DNA of 63,761 nt, the filler included. It is 4 parts of 4 records of this genome, joined end to end, with 100 filler letters (N's around TTAATTAATTAA, not from the genome) between each part and the next. Parts side by side here need not be neighbours in the genome. Positions count along the whole stretch, not along the records: positions 1 to 16,821 come from SRR20825006_1725; 3 more parts are not named here. One strand, given 5' to 3'. Made by a program: the position numbers and the translations under genes. This document shows, piece after piece, positions 1 through 10,519 of the stretch (within the stretch, counting starts at the first letter, position 1; each line of letters starts with the position of its first letter). The notes beneath the pieces are model-generated. The model was not told the origin of the DNA. It searched no databases and saw nothing but the letters and a program-made list of their open reading frames with translations.

Positions 1-34
1 TCGTTTGGAACTAGTTCCAAACGACATTTTTTTT
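1..34 (+). terminator. Intrinsic terminator of an upstream gene outside the window
   Basis: Perfect 24-nt palindrome TCGTTTGGAACTAGTTCCAAACGA followed by CA and T8. Confidence 0.7.
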
Positions 35-288
35 ACGTTTAGTGTATCTTTTTTCAGATAAAATAGAATTGTATTATCTACTAAATCTATAGACTTTTCT
101 TACTTGATTAACAATATTTAACACATTCTTAAAATATTAGATGGATATTATATTATTGATTTTTTTTCACCTAATTATTTAAATCACTAATAATAATTCA
201 TTAAAATTAACTATTCTTTAGTTTTTCAATATAGTTTTAACATAAATTTCTATAAGTTAGTACCGCTAATCAAAAACTATATTTAATA

Positions 289-3200
289 ATGAAATCAAAA
301 TTGAGTGTATTTTTAATGCTAGTACTAGCATTTAATGTGCAATTTATTTTTGCGCAAGAAAAAACTGTAACCGGAGTGGTTACAGATCAAGATGGTTTAC
401 CCCTGCCTGGAGCAAATGTTGTAGTGAAAGGAACTGCAGTAGGAGCTCAAACAAATTTTGATGGTGAGTATTCTATTCAAGCTAATGTAGGAGATATATT
501 AGTTTTTTCATATGTAGGACAAAAACCAGAAGAACGTACAGTAGGGACTTCTAATGAAATTAATTTAGCGCTCGTGCAAGATGCTCAGGCCTTGGCTGAA
601 GTAGTAGTAACAGGGCAAGGAATTAGAAGAGAGAAAAAAGCACTGGGTTTTTCTCAGCAATCTGTAGAAGGAGATCAGTTAGTTCAGGCTAGAGAAACAG
701 ATGTTAATAATGCCTTGGCTGGTAGGGTTTCTGGGATTCAGGTGGTTGGAAACAGTAGTTCTACTTTTGGGGAGTCTAAAGTTAGACTTAGAGGAAATGA
801 CGATTTGCTTTATGTAGTGGATGGGGTTAGGATTAATAATTCTAGTGATATAAATACAGATAATATTGCTGAGATGTCTGTTTTAAAAGGGGCTTCTGCA
901 ACTGCAATTTATGGCCCTGAAGGAAGAAATGGGGTAATTATCATTACCAGTAAGTCGGGTACTATAGGTGCTGCTAAAGTGGAAGTGAATTACTCTGTTG
1001 GGTTGAGTTCGGTTTCTGCCCTACCAAAATATCAAAATGAATATGGAGGGGGATATAGTCAAACTTTTAATACGTTTAGTTATGATCCTGCTCAAGACCC
1101 TGCATCATGGGCTTCATTTGACGGACAGCAATACCCAGATTTTTGGGCTGATGAAAGTTGGGGGCCAAGGTTAGATGGACAAATGGTGAGACATTGGGAT
1201 AGTTGGATTCCAGGTACTCCTGAATTTGGAGAACTTAGACCTTGGACACAATCTCCAAACGATGTAAGAAGTTTTTACGATTCTGCCCTCACCAATAATA
1301 CTACGGTTTCTTTTTCTAAAGCTGGTGAAGATTATAATGTAATGAGTACAGTGTCTTATGTTAATCAAAATGGTGTGATTCCAAATACAAGCAACCAATA
1401 CACTAAAGTAGCGTTAAATGCTTTTTATAATGTTACCGATAAATTAAAGTTTGTAGCAAATATTAATATAGAGGATAGAGATAGATTGAATAACCCGGAT
1501 CAAGGTTATGGCAATTTAGGCTCTAATTTTAATCAATGGTGGCAAAGACAACTAGATTTTAATAGACTACAGGATTATATGAGAAATGGACAAGCAGTGT
1601 CTTGGAATATAAGAGGCCCAAGAGATGCTAGGCCTTTGTATTGGGATTCTCCTTATTTTCATTCTTATGAAAATGAAAGGCATGATTATAAAAACTCATA
1701 TTTTGGTAAAATAGGGATTGTTTATGAGATAACAGATGATCTTGATTTTACATTCGATGTAAGAAGAACTTTTTATTCCTACTTAGCAGATGATAGAGCT
1801 ACAACAATTAGTTTATTAGATCCTGCTTTTTATTCAGAGCAGCAAAGTAGAAGAGAGCGGCAAGACTTCTTTGGAATGCTTAATTATCATAAGCGTTTAT
1901 TTAATGAAAATTTAGATCTTGACATTGTTGTTGGAGGGGAAAAAATAGAGGAAGATTACAGATCATTATACAGTACTACCAATGGAGATCTTACAATACC
2001 TGATTTCTATAATCTAGCTGGTTCTCAAGATCCTGTTACAGCTGAAAATCTAACTGAAAGAGAGAAGAGAAATGGATTGTTTACTAAAGCATCCTTAGGA
2101 TATAAAGGAACAATATATATAGATGGTTCATATAGATTAGATTGGTCTTCAACGGCTAGAGCCGATGATAACCGGGTAGAAACATATGGAGGGTCTCTTA
2201 GTTTTCTGTTGCATGAAATACTTCCCAAAAATGATATTTTAACATTTGCTAAACTAAGAGCTGGTTATGCTAGCGCACCTTTTTTTCCAGATCCATATTT
2301 AACTAGTAATGTTTATGATGTGGATGTTTTGTATCAAGGAAATGGAAGACTTTCAGTATCTAATAATCAAGAAAATCCTATTTTAAGAGGAGGAACTAGG
2401 GATGAATTTGAAATAGGATCTGAGTTGCAATTTTTTAGAAATAGAGTTTCTTTGGATTTAACTTACTTTAATAGAATAGACAATGATCTTCCTATTAATG
2501 TGCCTTTAGACGGTGCAACAGGATATTCTAATATTACCGTGAATAGTGGTAAACAAACTACAAATGGTTTTGAAGTTGGAATAACAGGAGATATTATAAA
2601 GAGTAAAGATGTAACTTGGACTCTTGGGGTGAATTTTGCAACTTTAGAAAAGGTTGTCAACGAACTTTATCCAGGGATTGATGCTAGAGATTTAAGTACC
2701 TATAGTACTAGTATAAGGTTGCAAGAGAGAGTAGGAGAAGAATATGGATTGTTCTACGGAACAGGATATGCTAAGGATGAAAATGGGAATATTCTTTTTA
2801 CCGAAAATGATGGAAACTATTACTATAGTATTCAGCAGAATAAATTTTTAGGATCCCTATTGCCAGATTATACAGGCGGAATTGTTTCAAACTTCAAGTA
2901 CAAAAACCTCTCTTTTAATTTAGGATTCGATTTTCAAAAAGGAGGAAAGTATTACTCACGTACAGAGCGTTATTTAGACCATTCTGGACTTTCTGCTAAA
3001 ACTGCTGGTTTAAATGATTTGGGGAATCCCAAGAGAGATCCTGTAAGTAGTGGAGGAGGAGAGCATATTGTAGGGGTGCTTCAAACTGGATTGGATGCTG
3101 ACGGAAATCCAATTAGCGATGGAACTGTTGTGGATGCTTATGTAGATCCACAGGTATTATATAACTCTGGAAACTTAGGGACCATATATGAGAATAACCT

Positions 3201-3450
3201 TCATGATGCTACTTATATAAAATTAAGAACCATTCGTTTGAAATATGACTTTAATAAGGCGTTAATAGAAAAACTGAGTCTTTCGGGAGCTTCAATAAGC
3301 TTATATGCCAATAATGTTTGGTTAATTTATTCTGATGAACCATGGATTGACCCATCAGAATTAGAAAAAAGAAATGATATAAATTGGGCAGAAGGGGGGA
3401 CTTTACCAATGACTCGTACTGTTGGTTTAAACCTGAATTTAATTTTCTAA
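289..3450 (+). CDS. SusC/RagA family TonB-dependent outer membrane transporter
   Basis: Signal peptide, N-terminal extension (GLPLPGANVVVKGT), plug motifs (LAGRVSGIQV, VLKGASATAIYG..GRNGVIIIT), C-terminal Phe; followed by a SusD gene. Confidence 0.95.
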   Translation: MKSKLSVFLMLVLAFNVQFIFAQEKTVTGVVTDQDGLPLPGANVVVKGTAVGAQTNFDGEYSIQANVGDILVFSYVGQKPEERTVGTSNEINLALVQDAQALAEVVVTGQGIRREKKALGFSQQSVEGDQLVQARETDVNNALAGRVSGIQVVGNSSSTFGESKVRLRGNDDLLYVVDGVRINNSSDINTDNIAEMSVLKGASATAIYGPEGRNGVIIITSKSGTIGAAKVEVNYSVGLSSVSALPKYQNEYGGGYSQTFNTFSYDPAQDPASWASFDGQQYPDFWADESWGPRLDGQMVRHWDSWIPGTPEFGELRPWTQSPNDVRSFYDSALTNNTTVSFSKAGEDYNVMSTVSYVNQNGVIPNTSNQYTKVALNAFYNVTDKLKFVANINIEDRDRLNNPDQGYGNLGSNFNQWWQRQLDFNRLQDYMRNGQAVSWNIRGPRDARPLYWDSPYFHSYENERHDYKNSYFGKIGIVYEITDDLDFTFDVRRTFYSYLADDRATTISLLDPAFYSEQQSRRERQDFFGMLNYHKRLFNENLDLDIVVGGEKIEEDYRSLYSTTNGDLTIPDFYNLAGSQDPVTAENLTEREKRNGLFTKASLGYKGTIYIDGSYRLDWSSTARADDNRVETYGGSLSFLLHEILPKNDILTFAKLRAGYASAPFFPDPYLTSNVYDVDVLYQGNGRLSVSNNQENPILRGGTRDEFEIGSELQFFRNRVSLDLTYFNRIDNDLPINVPLDGATGYSNITVNSGKQTTNGFEVGITGDIIKSKDVTWTLGVNFATLEKVVNELYPGIDARDLSTYSTSIRLQERVGEEYGLFYGTGYAKDENGNILFTENDGNYYYSIQQNKFLGSLLPDYTGGIVSNFKYKNLSFNLGFDFQKGGKYYSRTERYLDHSGLSAKTAGLNDLGNPKRDPVSSGGGEHIVGVLQTGLDADGNPISDGTVVDAYVDPQVLYNSGNLGTIYENNLHDATYIKLRTIRLKYDFNKALIEKLSLSGASISLYANNVWLIYSDEPWIDPSELEKRNDINWAEGGTLPMTRTVGLNLNLIF

Positions 3451-3457
3451 AAAAACA

Positions 3458-4912
3458 ATGATGATGAATACCATATTAAGACATATAAAAATAGTGGCAT
3501 GTATAACTGTATTATGTAGTTCATGTAGCACCATAGATTATGACGATACCAATGAGAATCCAAATGGACCAACCAGTGCGGTTACTTCTCAACTTTTAAC
3601 TAATGCATTAACAAGCATTCCTGATATTGTAGTGGATGAAACCCCAATATTATATATGCAACATATTACAGAAGGGCAGTATCCTGGAGCTTCAAGATAT
3701 TCTGGGCTAACCTATAGCTACGACGGATGGTATACAGGAGCTTTACAAGATTTAAATGAAATTATTGCTATTAACAGTGACCCTGAAACCGCGGAGGATG
3801 TGGCTGTTTATGGAGCTAATGCAAATCAAATAGCAACAGCTAAAATAATTAGAGCTTATTTTTTACAGTATATGACAGATCGTTGGGGGGCACTACCTTG
3901 GTCTGAAGCTTTTATGGGAATAGATAATCCGCAACCTAAATTTGATACTCAAGAGAGTCTTTATGATTTTATGTTTGCTGAAATTGAAGATGTATTGGCT
4001 ACCATAGATCATAGCGCATCAGGGCCAAGTGGCGATATATTATTTGCTGGAGATATGGATCGTTGGGAAGCATTTGCTAATAATTTAAAAATGACCATGG
4101 CATTGAGAATTTCCGATGTAAATCCAACATTGGCTAAAACTAAGTTTGAAGAGACTGTGGCTTCTGGATTGTTAGTAATGGACAATGCCGATAATATTGA
4201 ATATCATTATGGAACAGATGATGCCAGTGATAGTCCATGGATGGATAACTTTAGAACAAGAGAGGATTATATCCTGTCGCGAACTATGGTTGAATCTTTG
4301 AGAGATAATATGGATCCAAGGTTGTTTGAGTTTGCAGTTCCTGCTAGAGATAGTATCTCAACAATAACTAATTTCCCTGGAGGGATAGATGCTGAATATG
4401 TAGGGGCTCCTAATGGGAATGTAAATGGAAACGTTCCTAGTTATTCTTTTATAGCGAGTGAGATTATTTACGAACCAGATTATCCATCGCCAATTTATAC
4501 CGCTGCACAGATAAAATTTGCTTTGGCGGAAGCTTCAATGAAAGGTTGGAATGTAAATGGAGATGCTGCTACTTTTTATGAAGAGGCCATAAGCGCTTCC
4601 ATGGAGTATTGGGGAGTAGAGGCTACAGATATACAAAGCTATATTACTGCACATCCTTATGCTGGTATAGCAACTATAGCTTATGAAAAATGGGTGGCAT
4701 TATATTTAAATGGACCAGAGGCTTGGGCAGAATGGAGAAGGTTAGATGCTCCTGCACTAACACCATCGTCTTATGCTAATGACCCTCGAATTCCAGTAAG
4801 ACATGCTTACGATGCTTCTATTTCTGATAATAATGCAGTCAATTATCAAGAAATGATTCAGTTTCAAGGACCAGATAATTTACACACTAAACTTTGGTGG
4901 GATGTAAATTAA
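3458..4912 (+). CDS. SusD/RagB family outer membrane lipoprotein
   Basis: Lipoprotein signal (VLCSSC), NENPN motif, TDRWGALPWSEA, EAWAEWRR and LWWD C-terminus; directly downstream of susC. Confidence 0.93.
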   Translation: MMMNTILRHIKIVACITVLCSSCSTIDYDDTNENPNGPTSAVTSQLLTNALTSIPDIVVDETPILYMQHITEGQYPGASRYSGLTYSYDGWYTGALQDLNEIIAINSDPETAEDVAVYGANANQIATAKIIRAYFLQYMTDRWGALPWSEAFMGIDNPQPKFDTQESLYDFMFAEIEDVLATIDHSASGPSGDILFAGDMDRWEAFANNLKMTMALRISDVNPTLAKTKFEETVASGLLVMDNADNIEYHYGTDDASDSPWMDNFRTREDYILSRTMVESLRDNMDPRLFEFAVPARDSISTITNFPGGIDAEYVGAPNGNVNGNVPSYSFIASEIIYEPDYPSPIYTAAQIKFALAEASMKGWNVNGDAATFYEEAISASMEYWGVEATDIQSYITAHPYAGIATIAYEKWVALYLNGPEAWAEWRRLDAPALTPSSYANDPRIPVRHAYDASISDNNAVNYQEMIQFQGPDNLHTKLWWDVN

Positions 4913-4946
4913 AGATTGTTCTCAATTTGTAAAAATTGAATTTAAG

Positions 4947-4981
4947 AGAGAGCCTTTAGTATTTATACTTTAGGCTCTTTT
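4947..4981 (+). terminator. Probable terminator of susCD
   Basis: AGAGCCT...AGGCTCT inverted repeat followed by a T-run. Confidence 0.6.
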
Positions 4982-5009
4982 GATTTGTATAGATGCTCAA
5001 GTTCGAAAT

Positions 5010-5043
5010 AAAAAAGCCTCAAATCTTAATGAAATGAGGCTTT
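5010..5043 (-). terminator. Probable terminator of purA
   Basis: AAAGCCTCA...TGAGGCTTT inverted repeat with an A-run on its left (U-tract on the minus strand). Confidence 0.6.
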
Positions 5044-5065
5044 ATAGCTTGTAATATTTTTAAAA

Positions 5066-6337
5066 CTATCTGTTAATAGTTTGAGTTCTGTCTGGTCCAA
5101 CAGAAACTATTTTTATAGGAACATTTAATTCTTTTTCAAGGAAATCTATATAATCATTTAATTCCTTCGGAAATTCTTCTGTTGAGCTTAATTTAGTAAG
5201 GTCTTTATCCCATCCATTCATTTCAGTATAAATAGGAGTTACATTTTCAGCTTCAATATTATAAGGTAAATGCTCAATAGTTTCTCCTTTATATGAATAA
5301 GCGGTACAGACTTTTAATTTTTTAAATCCGCTTAAAACGTCAGCCTTCATCATCATTAATTGGGTTACTCCATTAACTTGTACAGCATATTTTAAAGCAA
5401 CTAAATCCAGCCATCCACATCTTCTAGGTCTCCCTGTTACAGCTCCAAATTCATTTCCAATTCTAGCCATGTTTTCTCCATCTTCGTCAAATAACTCTGT
5501 TGGGAAAGGGCCACTTCCTACACGAGTGGTGTAAGCCTTGAAAATTCCAAAAACTTCACCAATTCTGTTTGGAGCAACTCCTAAACCTGTACAAGCTCCA
5601 GCAGCAGTTGTGTTAGAAGAGGTTACAAATGGGTATGTTCCAAAGTCAATATCTAATAAAGATCCTTGAGCTCCTTCAGCTAGAATAGTTTTATTTTCTT
5701 TTAAAGATTGATTTAAAAACTCTTCACTATCTATGAATTTTAATTTTTTCAATTCGGTAATAGCTTCAAAGAATTCTCTTTCAAGTTCTGCTAAATCATA
5801 TTGAATATCTACATTATAAAAGCTAATCATAGCCTCATGTTTATCGGCTAAAGCTCTATATCTATCTTTAAAGTCGCTTAACTCAATATCTCCAACTCTT
5901 AGACCGTTTCTTCCAGTTTTGTCCATATAAGTTGGGCCAATACCTTTTAAAGTAGAACCTATTTTGGCTTTTCCTTTGGAAGCTTCAGAAGCGGCATCCA
6001 ATAATCTGTGTGTTGGAAGAATAAGATGCGCTTTTCTAGATAATATAAGTTTCTTAACGTAATCTATTTTAAATTGATCTAACCCTTCTAGTTCTTTAAC
6101 AAAAACTACAGGATCTATAACAACCCCATTTCCAATTACATTAATAGAGTTTTCATGAAAAATACCTGATGGAATTGTTCTTAAAACGTGTTTTATGCCA
6201 TCAAATTCTAAAGTGTGACCAGCATTTGGGCCTCCTTGGAAACGAGCAATGATATCATAATTTTTGGTGAGTACATCAACGATTTTACCTTTTCCTTCGT
6301 CTCCCCATTGTAATCCTAGTAGTAAGTCTACTGCCAT
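5066..6337 (-). CDS. purA: Adenylosuccinate synthetase
   Basis: QWGDEGKGK, GGPNAGHT, EGAQG, GAVTGRPRRCGWLD motifs. Confidence 0.98.
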   Translation of the reverse strand: MAVDLLLGLQWGDEGKGKIVDVLTKNYDIIARFQGGPNAGHTLEFDGIKHVLRTIPSGIFHENSINVIGNGVVIDPVVFVKELEGLDQFKIDYVKKLILSRKAHLILPTHRLLDAASEASKGKAKIGSTLKGIGPTYMDKTGRNGLRVGDIELSDFKDRYRALADKHEAMISFYNVDIQYDLAELEREFFEAITELKKLKFIDSEEFLNQSLKENKTILAEGAQGSLLDIDFGTYPFVTSSNTTAAGACTGLGVAPNRIGEVFGIFKAYTTRVGSGPFPTELFDEDGENMARIGNEFGAVTGRPRRCGWLDLVALKYAVQVNGVTQLMMMKADVLSGFKKLKVCTAYSYKGETIEHLPYNIEAENVTPIYTEMNGWDKDLTKLSSTEEFPKELNDYIDFLEKELNVPIKIVSVGPDRTQTINR

Positions 6338-6355
6338 TTTCTGTAAATAAAATTA

Positions 6356-6799
6356 TTAGCTTTTTTCATTTTTTGTACCGTAAAAGTACAGTGAATGATT
6401 TTGAATTTTTATGTCGAAAACCTCTTCAATAGTTTTCTTGATATTTTGTATACGTGGATCGCAAAACTCCATTACTTCTCCAGTATCTGTTAAAATAACA
6501 TGGTCGTGTTGCTTGTCAAAATATGATTTTTCGTAATGTGCTTGATTTTGTCCAAACTGATGTTTTCTTACTAAACCAGATTCCAACAAAAGCTCTATAG
6601 TATTATAGAGGGTAGCACGACTTACACGATAGTTCTTATTTTTCATTTTGATATACAAAGATTCTATATCAAAATGTTCAGTACTATCATAAATTTCTTG
6701 TAGTATAGCATATCGTTCAGGTGTTTTCCTGTGTTTGTGTTCTTCCAAAAATTTGGTAAACACATTTTTAACGATTTCTTGATTTTTTTCGTTCGCCAT
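6356..6799 (-). CDS. fur: Fur family transcriptional regulator
   Basis: [19 protein letters not shown] helix-turn-helix, HDH metal site; ATG at 6799 preferred to the TTG at 6805. Confidence 0.88.
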   Translation of the reverse strand: MANEKNQEIVKNVFTKFLEEHKHRKTPERYAILQEIYDSTEHFDIESLYIKMKNKNYRVSRATLYNTIELLLESGLVRKHQFGQNQAHYEKSYFDKQHDHVILTDTGEVMEFCDPRIQNIKKTIEEVFDIKIQNHSLYFYGTKNEKS

Positions 6800-6822
6800 A
6801 ATCAAATCTACGAATTAGGATA

Positions 6823-6830
6823 CAAATGTA
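6823..6830 (-). promoter_or_regulatory. Bacteroidota -7 promoter element for fur-purA
   Basis: TACATTTG on the minus strand matches the TAnnTTTG consensus. Confidence 0.55.
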
Positions 6831-6923
6831 ATGTTTAATGACGAAATATGCACCAGAAAATAAAAAGTACTCGCAAAACATTATAACAATATTAAGAGAG
6901 TACTTTGTTCTTAATGTGCTTAT

Positions 6924-9128
6924 TTAAATACGTCTAACTTTATCAATACCATTAATTTTTTTCAAATTTTCTAACAATTTTTTCAGAATGGTTTTATTTT
7001 TAACTTCTACTGTAATTTTACCTGAAAAAACACCACCTTCTGTTTCGAAGTTGATATTTTTCATGTTTACATGCATATTGTTAGAAATTACTTTGGTAAC
7101 ATTACTTACTAATCCTAAATTATCAATACCATCTAATTTTATGATGGCTGTAAATTCTTGCTGTGTAGAATCTATCCATTTTGCAGAAATAATCCGGTAC
7201 GCATAATTTGATTGTAAAGTAATAGCATTAGGACAGTTTTTTTTATGAACCTTAATGCCTTCGTTTACCGTAATAAAGCCAAACACATCGTCCCCAGGAA
7301 TAGGATTACAGCAATTGGAGAATTTATAATCTAATTTTTCTTCTTCTTTACCAAACACAAGCTGGTCGTAATTAGTTGTAATTTCCTCCCGATTAATTTC
7401 CTCTTGAGCGGCTGGTTTCCGCATTTTATTCTTGAAGAAATTAATAAAGGTATTGTTACGCGAAGAAGCAAAATCTTTCAACATCTGGTTGTCAATTGTG
7501 CTAATTCCTACACGGTAGAAAAGATCTAAACTTGTTTTTAATTTAAAATATACAACCAAATCGTTTACAACACTTTCATTAAGTGTTATTTTGAGTTGTT
7601 TTAGTTTACGGCGTAATATTTCTTTTCCTTCTTCGGCAATTTCTTTTTTCTCGTCTTTAAGAGAAGATTTTATTTTAGCTCTTGCTCTTGCTGAGGTAGC
7701 ATAATCTAGCCAGTTGGCGTTTGGTTTTGAGCTTTCCGAAGTTATAATTTCTACCTGATCTCCGCTTTTCAACTCTCTACTTAATGGAACTAATTTTCCA
7801 TTTACTTTTGCACCTCTAGTTTTTAAACCTATTTCTGTGTGGATACTGAAAGCAAAATCTAATGGCGTAGCTCCTTTTGGTAAGGACTTTAGTTCTCCTT
7901 TTGGGGTAAAAACAAAAATTTCTTGGGAATATAGATTAAGTTTAAATTCTTCAACAAAATCTACGGCATTTCCGTCGGCGTTTTCTAGTGCCTCTTGTAG
8001 TCTGTTTAACCAGATTTCTATTCCTTGTTCTTTTTGTTCTCCGTGTTTATATTTAAAGTGAGCAGCATAACCTTTCTCGGCAATTTCATGCATACGTTCA
8101 CTTCGTATTTGTACTTCTACCCAACGTCCTTTCGGACCAATAACTGTAATATGAAGTGCTTCATATCCTGTAGTTTTAGGAGAAGAAATCCAGTCTCTTA
8201 AACGGGTTGGATTTGGTCTAAAGTGGTCTGTTACAATGGAATATATTTTCCAAGCGAGGAATTTCTCATTGTCACGATCGCTCTTGTAGATTATTCTAAT
8301 GGCAAACTTATCATAAACTTCATCAAAGCTCACATTTTGAGCTTTCATTTTTCTACGGATAGAAAATATAGATTTAGGTCTTCCTTTGATAGAATAATTT
8401 AAACCCTCTACATCCAAACTTTCTTTTATAACATTGCTAAAAGACTCTATATAGACCTCTTGGTCTTCCTTAGTTTCTTCCATCTTACTTAGAATGTCGT
8501 TGTAAACATTCGGTTCGGTGTATTTTAAACCAAGGTCTTCTAGTTCTGTTTTAATATTGTAAAGGCCGATTCTATGGGCTAGGGGAGCGTATATGTACAG
8601 CGTTTCCGAAGCTATTTTTACCTGCTTATGTGCAGCCATGGAATCCATGGTTTGCATATTATGGAGTCGGTCGGCAATTTTTATAAGAATTACTCTAACG
8701 TCATCATTTAAAGTAAGAAGCATTTTTCGGAAATTTTCTGCTTGCAGTGAAATATCCTGCTCCGAAGTCATTTGAGATATTTTTGTAAGACCGTCTACAA
8801 TTCGGGCAACAGTTTCCCCAAATAAACGTTCCATATCTTCTAAAGTATAAGAAGTATCTTCAACAACATCATGCAACAAGGCTGCCGCAATGGCAGTAGC
8901 ATCCAGTCCAATTTGCTGCGCTACAATTTTAGCTACCGCAATTGGATGGAAAATATAGGCTTCCCCGCTTTTTCTGCGTTGGTCTTTATGCGCATCAACA
9001 GCTGTGTCAAAAGCCAAACGGATGAGTTTTTTATCCTCATCTGTTAGGGTTTGATAACTTATGCGCAATAACTCTTTGTATTGCCTAGCAATTTGCTTGT
9101 TTTCCTTTTCTACCTCTAATACCGTCAT
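6924..9128 (-). CDS. relA: Bifunctional (p)ppGpp synthetase/hydrolase (RelA/SpoT family)
   Basis: HD hydrolase (LLHDVVEDT), synthetase (GRPKS, EVQIR), TGS (FTPKG), CCNPIPGD and ACT domains. Confidence 0.95.
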   Translation of the reverse strand: MTVLEVEKENKQIARQYKELLRISYQTLTDEDKKLIRLAFDTAVDAHKDQRRKSGEAYIFHPIAVAKIVAQQIGLDATAIAAALLHDVVEDTSYTLEDMERLFGETVARIVDGLTKISQMTSEQDISLQAENFRKMLLTLNDDVRVILIKIADRLHNMQTMDSMAAHKQVKIASETLYIYAPLAHRIGLYNIKTELEDLGLKYTEPNVYNDILSKMEETKEDQEVYIESFSNVIKESLDVEGLNYSIKGRPKSIFSIRRKMKAQNVSFDEVYDKFAIRIIYKSDRDNEKFLAWKIYSIVTDHFRPNPTRLRDWISSPKTTGYEALHITVIGPKGRWVEVQIRSERMHEIAEKGYAAHFKYKHGEQKEQGIEIWLNRLQEALENADGNAVDFVEEFKLNLYSQEIFVFTPKGELKSLPKGATPLDFAFSIHTEIGLKTRGAKVNGKLVPLSRELKSGDQVEIITSESSKPNANWLDYATSARARAKIKSSLKDEKKEIAEEGKEILRRKLKQLKITLNESVVNDLVVYFKLKTSLDLFYRVGISTIDNQMLKDFASSRNNTFINFFKNKMRKPAAQEEINREEITTNYDQLVFGKEEEKLDYKFSNCCNPIPGDDVFGFITVNEGIKVHKKNCPNAITLQSNYAYRIISAKWIDSTQQEFTAIIKLDGIDNLGLVSNVTKVISNNMHVNMKNINFETEGGVFSGKITVEVKNKTILKKLLENLKKINGIDKVRRI

Positions 9129-9259
9129 AGAATAAAAATAACATAAAGTTTATTATTAACCAACAAAATCTATGCCTTATGATTAATTCTTTAAGAAATG
9201 TTTTTCCTTGTAAGAAGGCAATAAGCAAAGTGTAAGATTAGTATTACCAATTTTGGTTT

Positions 9260-10492
9260 CTACTTAACCAAATTTGTAAAGCGTTCCAATAATGTTGGGT
9301 GAGAATAATGTACAAAAACATAGGCTGGATGTGGTGTAAGATTACTTAAACTATTTTTTGATAGTTTTTTTAATGAAGTAACTAGTGGCTCCCCAGCATA
9401 GGTGTTTTTTGCAAAATCATCTGCTTGATATTCAAATTTCCTTGAAAAATAATTCATTATGAGTCCAGTGATTTCTGAAATCGGACTGTAAAGAATTCCA
9501 AAAGCGATTAATCCCGCATGAAAACTCGGTTGATTTACACCAATTGCAAGTGACAATTCGGGAACATTAACAAACAATGATAGAATGAATAGTGTAATCC
9601 CTGTTAAAATGATAGAAGCAACTATATTAAAAATAATGTGTTTCTTTTTATAATGACCAACTTCATGAGCTAACACGGCTACAATTTCTTCTTCTTCTAA
9701 ATCGTTTACAAGGGTGTCAAAAAGTGTTATTCTTTTTTGCTTTCCAAAACCAGAAAAATAAGCATTTGCTTTGGTAGAGCGCTTAGAGCCATCAATAACA
9801 AAAATATTATCAAGCTGAAAACCTACTTTTGCAGCGTAGTTTTCAATTTTGGTTTTTAAACTCCCATCTTCTAAAGGGGTTTGCTTATTAAAAAGTGGAA
9901 CAATTATTTTACTGTAAAACATATTCATAAAAATGGTAAATACAGCTACCATAATCCATGCGTAAATCCAAAAATTAGCACCTGCTATTTGATAAAACCA
10001 AATAATAAGAGCTAGAATTCCACCTCCTAAAACAGTTAGCATTAACCACCCTTTAAGTTTGTCTAGAAAGAAAGTTTTTTTTGAAGTTTTATTGAAACCA
10101 TACTTTTCTTCAATAACAAAAGTATGGTAATAAGAAAATGGTGTGGTAATAATATCACTTGCAAAAGTTATTATTCCGAAGAAAATTAAAGCGATAATAA
10201 CTTCATTATTGCTTATATTTCTAGCTATCTCATCAACATATTCAAATCCGTCAAAAAAGAAGAAACCAAGGGTTAGGCATAACGAAAATAAAGAACTGAT
10301 ATTAGAGAATTTATAATTCGTTTTTTTATAAGCCTGCGACTTTTTATATGCTTCTTTATCATAAACATCTGCTAAAGCATCTGGAACTGGATTGTCAAAA
10401 TTTTTAGCATTTAAGCTGTCTAAAATTTTATCAACTATAAAATCGATACTAAGTATGGCAATAATGATGTAAAATATTGTTTGTGGACTCAT
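9260..10492 (-). CDS. M48 family (Ste24-like) membrane metallopeptidase
   Basis: HEVGH zinc motif, DGSKRSTKANAYFSG, EYQAD, YSHP; multiple TM segments. Confidence 0.93.
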   Translation of the reverse strand: MSPQTIFYIIIAILSIDFIVDKILDSLNAKNFDNPVPDALADVYDKEAYKKSQAYKKTNYKFSNISSLFSLCLTLGFFFFDGFEYVDEIARNISNNEVIIALIFFGIITFASDIITTPFSYYHTFVIEEKYGFNKTSKKTFFLDKLKGWLMLTVLGGGILALIIWFYQIAGANFWIYAWIMVAVFTIFMNMFYSKIIVPLFNKQTPLEDGSLKTKIENYAAKVGFQLDNIFVIDGSKRSTKANAYFSGFGKQKRITLFDTLVNDLEEEEIVAVLAHEVGHYKKKHIIFNIVASIILTGITLFILSLFVNVPELSLAIGVNQPSFHAGLIAFGILYSPISEITGLIMNYFSRKFEYQADDFAKNTYAGEPLVTSLKKLSKNSLSNLTPHPAYVFVHYSHPTLLERFTNLVK

Positions 10493-10519
10493 TTTAAGAT
10501 AAATTAAATAATTTGGCTG

